Part shown: positions 42,024 through 46,976 of the stretch, in pieces
Layout of the letters: each line of letters begins with the position of its first letter
Numbering within the stretch: position 1 is the stretch's first letter
Translations under genes and position numbers: made by a program
Notes under the pieces: generated by a model
What the model saw: the letters and a program-made list of their open reading frames with translations, nothing else
Told to the model about the DNA's origin: nothing
The model's database searches: none
Source of the DNA: Gammaproteobacteria bacterium
GTDB taxonomy: Bacteria > Pseudomonadota > Gammaproteobacteria > Steroidobacterales > GCA-2729495
Assembly (NCBI GenBank): GCA_024276095.1
Contig: JAJRXW010000266.1
Span: 1-46,976, forward strand
DNA: 46,976 bases
Direction: 5' to 3'

Positions 42024-44433
42024 ACCGCGCACAGGTCTTGCCGGTCGCACAGGAATGGCCGGAATCGTACTGCTCGCCATGCTGACCGGCGCACCGGAGG
42101 ATCAGAAAAGGCCCATTCACACTACCGTTCTGGCTGACGAGTCTGCAAGCGTCGCCGCCGGACAGATCGAGCCCGTACTTTCCGGGCTGGATACAATCGT
42201 TTCTGAATTGCCCTCATCGTCTGGAATCAGTATCGCGACCTTCGGTACGAGCGCCGCACCATCGATCCTGACCATGAACGCCACGATTGATACGGCAAAC
42301 GACAGCCTGAGCCGGACCTTGCGGCGTGCCATGTGGGACCTCCAGCCGGCATCCCGCAACGCAATCCTTATCGCATCCGACGGATACTGGCAGCCGGAAG
42401 CACACGACGCGCTGGCGGAGGCCAGACAGGCCGGTCTGCCTGTTTTCTGGTTACCGCTGGAGCCGGTGGAACCGGCGCCGGCAATCAGGGATATCGTGGC
42501 CCCGGCCCGGGCACGCCCGGGCCAGCAAATCAGTATCGCAGTCGAAACGCTGCCAGGCGGTGCAGAGGAAACGGAGATCGTTTTATTTGCCGGCCAGCAC
42601 CCGGTCGCGCGCTCCGGGGCGTCGCCCGGTGGAACAACCGTACTGTCGGTCACCGCACCCGGGCAGGGTCCGCTGATACTCGGTGCGGAACTCCGTACCC
42701 GGCCCGGCGGCGCACTGCTCGATCAGTACCGCGCGGCTGCACTGGTCAATATCACGACAGTCCCGAACATCCTGCTGGTCTCGCCCGGTCCTTCCGCTAT
42801 CGGCCAAAGCCTGCGCGCAGGCGGCTGGCCGCTGCGCGCGGTCACACCGCAGCAGTTTTCGACACAGGCCGACAGGCTGCAGTCGTTCGCAAGTGTGATT
42901 CTCGACGATGTGGCGATCAGCGATATTCCGGAGGCGGCGTGGAAGAAGCTCGCAACTGCGGTTCGCAACCAGGCCCTCGGCCTGCTGGTACTGGGCGGCC
43001 CGAATTCCTTCGGCCGCGGAGGATATCGAAACTCGCAACTGGAAACCGTGTTGCCGCTCGTTTCAGAACCGCCCGGAGACGAGGCACTGGCAGATATTCT
43101 CTTTCTCATCGATGTGTCGGGCAGCATGCAGGGCGCAAATGAAAAAGCCGATCGGTTGCGCATTGCAAAGAGCTCGGTACTTGCCGCCAGCGATGTGCTG
43201 CGACCGACAGACCGCGTCGGCCTGATCACGTTCGATGTCGGGGTACGGACAGTTTTACCGCTCAAGGGGCGGGCCGATCACCGGGCGACAATCAATAAAG
43301 TGTGGCCCGGCCGGGCCAGCGGCGGCACCAGCATCATGCCCGCATTCGAACGGGCAACCGCCATCCTGAATCAGGACCTGCAACCGTCGAACCCGAAAGA
43401 TGCCCGGCAGAAAATCCTGATGCTGGTGACGGACGGTTTTTTTACCTCCGGCGATCTGACACGACTCGATACCACACTGGAGGGCTCGGATATCGAACTG
43501 GTCGTGCTACTCATCAATAAGACCGAATCTTCCGACATCAGCGGACTTGCGCGCATCGTTGCCACCCACGGCGGCACAGTCATGCAGGTAAACGAGATCC
43601 TCGACCTGCCCGCGCTGATGAAAAACGAACTGCAATCCCGCCGTCCTGCGTTGATACAGGAGTCCGTCCGCCCGGTCAGTTCCTCCCCCGCCGCGTGGTT
43701 TCCTGAAAACGCCGAATGGCCGGCGATCCATGGCTATCTTTTGACCCGCCCGAAAGCCGACGCCCAGGTCTACCTGGTTTCTCCCCGGGGCGATGCGCTG
43801 ATCGCCGGAATCAGCGCCGGAGCCGGGAAGGTAATCGCGATTACCAACGGTCTGTCCGGCTGGAGCCGCCAATGGCTCAATTGGGAGCAATGGCCCGACC
43901 TGGTTGCCGCTCTGATCAACCATATCAGCGTCCAGGATAGCGGAGGTATCCGCATCTCGACCCGGGCGGAACCGGGCGGCATGGTCGCGATTGCAGTCGA
44001 GACCAGCGCGGAACGCCCGGAAGCCCGGGATCTCAAGGCATCGTTAATCGCACCTGCCGGTACGCTCATCCGCCTCGATCTCAAGCCGGAAGCAGCGCAT
44101 CGATATCGGGCCACGGCACCCGTCGATGGTTTTGGACAATTCACGGTAATCGTTGAAGACGGGCCGGTAACCGCCCGCCAACGATTCCTGCATCAGCCCG
44201 TCAATGAACCGGCGCCCCAGGGTCGGCCGCTGGCGGAACAATGGCTCGGGGACGGACTGGTGCGTCTCTGGGCACCGGATTCACTGCAGACACTCGCACA
44301 GGCAGGCCATTGGCGCGAATGGCTGATCGCTCTGGCACTGCTCGGATTTCTGCTGGTTCTGGTTCTCGAACGCCTGCCCGCAGGCGCCCTGCAGCTGCGC
44401 GCCCGCAGGACAAAGACGCGACAGGCCGTCTAG
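42016..44433 (+). CDS. Large double-vWA-domain membrane protein (BatB-like)
   Basis: Start is ambiguous: GTG at 42016 (AAGG 8 nt upstream, overlapping the upstream stop) or ATG at 42055. First DxSxS in VLADESASV. The second is a canonical MIDAS vWA (ILFLIDVSGSMQG...GGTSI...LVTDG). C-terminal TM helix WLIALALLGFLLVLVL. Confidence 0.8.
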   Translation: MPRPRTGLAGRTGMAGIVLLAMLTGAPEDQKRPIHTTVLADESASVAAGQIEPVLSGLDTIVSELPSSSGISIATFGTSAAPSILTMNATIDTANDSLSRTLRRAMWDLQPASRNAILIASDGYWQPEAHDALAEARQAGLPVFWLPLEPVEPAPAIRDIVAPARARPGQQISIAVETLPGGAEETEIVLFAGQHPVARSGASPGGTTVLSVTAPGQGPLILGAELRTRPGGALLDQYRAAALVNITTVPNILLVSPGPSAIGQSLRAGGWPLRAVTPQQFSTQADRLQSFASVILDDVAISDIPEAAWKKLATAVRNQALGLLVLGGPNSFGRGGYRNSQLETVLPLVSEPPGDEALADILFLIDVSGSMQGANEKADRLRIAKSSVLAASDVLRPTDRVGLITFDVGVRTVLPLKGRADHRATINKVWPGRASGGTSIMPAFERATAILNQDLQPSNPKDARQKILMLVTDGFFTSGDLTRLDTTLEGSDIELVVLLINKTESSDISGLARIVATHGGTVMQVNEILDLPALMKNELQSRRPALIQESVRPVSSSPAAWFPENAEWPAIHGYLLTRPKADAQVYLVSPRGDALIAGISAGAGKVIAITNGLSGWSRQWLNWEQWPDLVAALINHISVQDSGGIRISTRAEPGGMVAIAVETSAERPEARDLKASLIAPAGTLIRLDLKPEAAHRYRATAPVDGFGQFTVIVEDGPVTARQRFLHQPVNEPAPQGRPLAEQWLGDGLVRLWAPDSLQTLAQAGHWREWLIALALLGFLLVLVLERLPAGALQLRARRTKTRQAV

Positions 44434-46394
44434 AACCGGAACCTCAGGCCCAGACGTCCGCGGCGCCCCGCCGACGGAAACCCGATCGCTTCATAGTAGT
44501 TTTTGTCGAGAATATTATCGATTGCCAGCACCAGGTCGAGGCTTGCCATCGGGCTCCAGGTCGCGGTCGCATCGACACGGTGATATGAATCCAGGAACAG
44601 GTCACCGGTCGGAATGGCAGAATCGAATGTTTCATCGACATACAGCCAGGATGCATTCAGCAGCCACTGCTGTACCGGCGCCCAGCGAACGGAAACGCTG
44701 CCGCGCCAATCCGGCATTTGCCGCAGTGGTACGCTGCTGTTTTTTACGCTGACATCCAGGTAGGTAGCCTGCACATACAAATTGAGGTTCTCGTCGATTG
44801 AATAGTCCATCTCCATCTCGACGCCTTTGGTCGTCACCTCGTCGCGATTCAACATCCTGAACTGAACGGAATCGAAATCGATCAGGTCAGTGTACTCGTT
44901 GCGAAACGCGGTAACCGTCGCGCTGAGCCCCTTGTCCATAAACCGGTGGGTAATACCGACATCCACGCTTTTGCTCTTCTCCGGACGAAGATCCGGATTG
45001 CCTACCAGCGGACTCGACAGGGCGAAAAACCCGGGCAACTTGAACCCTTCACCCCAGTTGGCTCGAATCGTGGTTCGCTGGTCATTAAAATCGTACAGCA
45101 AACCCAGCTTGCCGGTCGTTTCGCCGGACTCGTCTGTTGGATTGTCGGTAGGATCGTCCCTGCGAAGGCTGCCCAGCAATGTCAGACCGGTGGCACTCTG
45201 GTAACGCACCTCACCAAAATAACCGACCAGCGTACGATCGAACTTGTACGCATTCGGGATGACGAATCCCGGAAAAAATTCCACGAAGCCGTCGGAAAAC
45301 CCGTCTTCCTTGTAATAATCGGCACCGAAAGTTGCGATGATCGAATCACCGATGTCGACGACTGCGTTGGCGGCCAGGTTGGTTCGCTTCAGATTGGCGT
45401 CGGCGCCATTGGGCGGCACACCATCCCGCACGCCGGGCGCTGCGCCGGGCGAGAAAAAGGTGGTGTCATGATCGTACCAGGTAGCGAGCAGATTCAGGTC
45501 CCAGTTCTCGCTCAAGGCGACTCCCCCGTTCATCCCGACGCTCACATCCCTGGACGTCCGCCGGTCGGTGTCCCTGATCACTGCCAGATCAAAACCACCG
45601 CTGTCCTCCGGAAATGCAGTACCTTCGTTATCCGAGTAACGGCCGAACAGGCGCAGGTCCCATTTTTCCTCTTCGGCGAAAGCGATCTTGCCGGCCACCG
45701 AATCGCTCTTGAACGTCGTCCCGTCGACCGGTTCACCGTCATCCAGCGTGGCTGCCCTGAGGGAGAAATCACCCGAATCGCCAACCGGACCGGAAAACTC
45801 CAGGGCACCGCGATAGAAACTCTCGGTACCGCTCTCCAGCTGTACGGTACCGCCTATCTCGTCCGCCCTGCCCTTGCTGATCACGTTAATGACGCCGGCA
45901 AGTGCATCGGACCCGTAGACGGCAGACTGAGGACCACGAACGATCTCGATGCGTTCGATATCATTCGTGTTCAACGTGGAAAAATCGAATGCGCTGCCGC
46001 GGGTATCGTTGGGATCGTTCACCCTGATGCCGTCAAGCAGGATCATGGTCAGTTCCTGAGCGCCGCCGCGAATGAACAATCGGGCCACACCACCCTGCCC
46101 GGAAGGCTGAACCACATGTACACCGGGCAGATTGCGCAACAGATCGATCACGCCGGCATCACCGCGTGCTTCGATATCTTCCAGCTGGATGACCGTGGTC
46201 GAATTCGGGATATCGCTCATGGTCTCGCTGATGCGCGTACCGGTGACAATAATATTATCGAGCGCCGACCCGTCAGCGGTGCTGTCCTTTGCTGCTGCCG
46301 TGCCGGACACTGTCAATACCAGTACTGCCGCGCAGCCTGCGAGATACCCAAAGCGTCCGCTGTCGATTCCGGTTTTTGATTCTGAGAGTTTCAT
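44430..46394 (-). CDS. TonB-dependent outer-membrane receptor (substrate unknown)
   Basis: Signal peptide, TonB box DNIIVTGTR, plug motifs (FIRGGAQELTMILLDGIRVNDP, IERIEIVRGPQSAVYGSDA), barrel ending ...GRLGLRFRF. Confidence 0.9.
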   Translation of the reverse strand: MKLSESKTGIDSGRFGYLAGCAAVLVLTVSGTAAAKDSTADGSALDNIIVTGTRISETMSDIPNSTTVIQLEDIEARGDAGVIDLLRNLPGVHVVQPSGQGGVARLFIRGGAQELTMILLDGIRVNDPNDTRGSAFDFSTLNTNDIERIEIVRGPQSAVYGSDALAGVINVISKGRADEIGGTVQLESGTESFYRGALEFSGPVGDSGDFSLRAATLDDGEPVDGTTFKSDSVAGKIAFAEEEKWDLRLFGRYSDNEGTAFPEDSGGFDLAVIRDTDRRTSRDVSVGMNGGVALSENWDLNLLATWYDHDTTFFSPGAAPGVRDGVPPNGADANLKRTNLAANAVVDIGDSIIATFGADYYKEDGFSDGFVEFFPGFVIPNAYKFDRTLVGYFGEVRYQSATGLTLLGSLRRDDPTDNPTDESGETTGKLGLLYDFNDQRTTIRANWGEGFKLPGFFALSSPLVGNPDLRPEKSKSVDVGITHRFMDKGLSATVTAFRNEYTDLIDFDSVQFRMLNRDEVTTKGVEMEMDYSIDENLNLYVQATYLDVSVKNSSVPLRQMPDWRGSVSVRWAPVQQWLLNASWLYVDETFDSAIPTGDLFLDSYHRVDATATWSPMASLDLVLAIDNILDKNYYEAIGFPSAGRRGRLGLRFRF

Positions 46395-46424
46395 AATTAT
46401 GCTACCTGGCCCGTGGACGAAGAA

Positions 46425-46443
46425 TGCCGCCTCATGGGCGGCA
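46425..46443 (-). other. Hairpin in the 5' leader of the TonB-dependent receptor gene
   Basis: On the minus strand: TGCCGCC-catga-GGCGGCA followed by TTCTTCG, ~30 nt upstream of the ATG and downstream of an AT-rich promoter-like tract (46470-46500). Confidence 0.3.
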
Positions 46444-46633
46444 CAATCGTGGTCTTGCGATAAGTCCTTCGGCTATTTTTTTTGTTATGTATTTTATCCG
46501 TGCAGGCTTCGCGCAACAGCGCTAAGCCATTGATTGATATGGTATGGCAACCGCCCCGATCATGCAATTTTAATTTAAGCAGCACGTGTCCGCGCACCCA
46601 TCGCACAATCGAAGCGTATCGCCCGAAATCAAC

Positions 46634-46976
46634 TCAGGTCTGCCAGAAAAGAGACAGCAACAGATTGCGCCCGGGTTCGTTCAGACCCGAACCATGGACG
46701 CGATAGTCCTCATCAAACAGGTTCTCCAGCGATACCGAAAGTCCGATCTTGTCCGAGATCTCCCATCCGCCTCTGATCGTAATAACCGAATATCCCGGTG
46801 TACCGCCGGGCGGAATGCGATCGGTATCGGCAGCATCACGCGTCGACAGATCATCCTGCTTGCCGACAACAGTCGCCAGCCCTTCCAGCCAGTAAGGCAG
46901 GCTCGGCGGCTCCCAGCGGGCCCCCAGGTACAGGGTGACCGGCATCAGCCGATCCAGCGGCTCGCGTACCGAGACA
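46634..46976 (-). CDS. TonB-dependent receptor, C-terminal ~113 aa; 5' end outside the window
   Basis: The frame stays open to the window edge (…VSVREPLDRLMPVTLYLGARW…). It shows the terminal barrel-strand motif NLFDEDYRVHGSGLNEPGRNLLLSLFWQT. Confidence 0.8.
   Translation of the reverse strand, partial: VSVREPLDRLMPVTLYLGARWEPPSLPYWLEGLATVVGKQDDLSTRDAADTDRIPPGGTPGYSVITIRGGWEISDKIGLSVSLENLFDEDYRVHGSGLNEPGRNLLLSLFWQT

Noticed and set aside
46470-46600. A Fur box upstream of the TonB-dependent receptor.
   Set aside because: The AT-rich tracts (TTAAATTAAAATTGCATGATC, ATAAAATACATAACAAA) match the GATAATGATAATCATTATC consensus only poorly by eye. This is not reportable without a matrix score.

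Overview
GC-rich (about 60% by eye) proteobacterial chromosomal window. Gene order suggests a gammaproteobacterium: ffs-dnaX-ybaB-recR, orn/rsgA, ppsA.

Left to right:
1. Housekeeping block: ppsA 3' part, an SH3/coiled-coil protein, a GFA-family protein, orn, rsgA, recR, ybaB, dnaX and SRP RNA.
2. Cobalamin riboswitch followed by a BtuB-like TonB-dependent receptor.
3. Tightly packed 7.7 kb minus-strand operon: NfnA/SudB-like, GltD/NfnB-like, KorA, KorB and an unrecognisable 752-aa protein ending in a mono-cluster ferredoxin domain.
4. Patchwork accessory segment: AhpD-like protein, MBL/alkylsulfatase-like protein, hipBA with a strikingly AT-rich palindromic operator region, and an internal fragment of a molybdopterin oxidoreductase.
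5. KDO-like sugar cluster: kdsA, a transaldolase/FSA-like barrel fused to a KdsD-type CBS pair, and a KdsC-like phosphatase.
6. Several secreted proteins and a quinone oxidoreductase.
7. Histidine kinase and sigma-54 response regulator pair, immediately followed by a near-consensus sigma-54 promoter.
8. A 10.8 kb, nine-gene, translationally coupled operon that joins MoxR/DUF58/BatA-N/vWA genes to a secreted alpha/alpha-toroid (prenyltransferase/squalene-oxidase repeat) protein and several membrane proteins with no recognisable motif.
9. Two TonB-dependent receptors.

No rRNA, tRNA, CRISPR array or intact transposase/integrase was seen. The best candidates for undescribed biology are the sigma-54 MoxR/vWA envelope operon, the Kor-Nfn-ferredoxin-fusion operon and the aldolase-CBS fusion in the KDO-like cluster. 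All functional calls come from reading motifs in the supplied translations; no database search was run.
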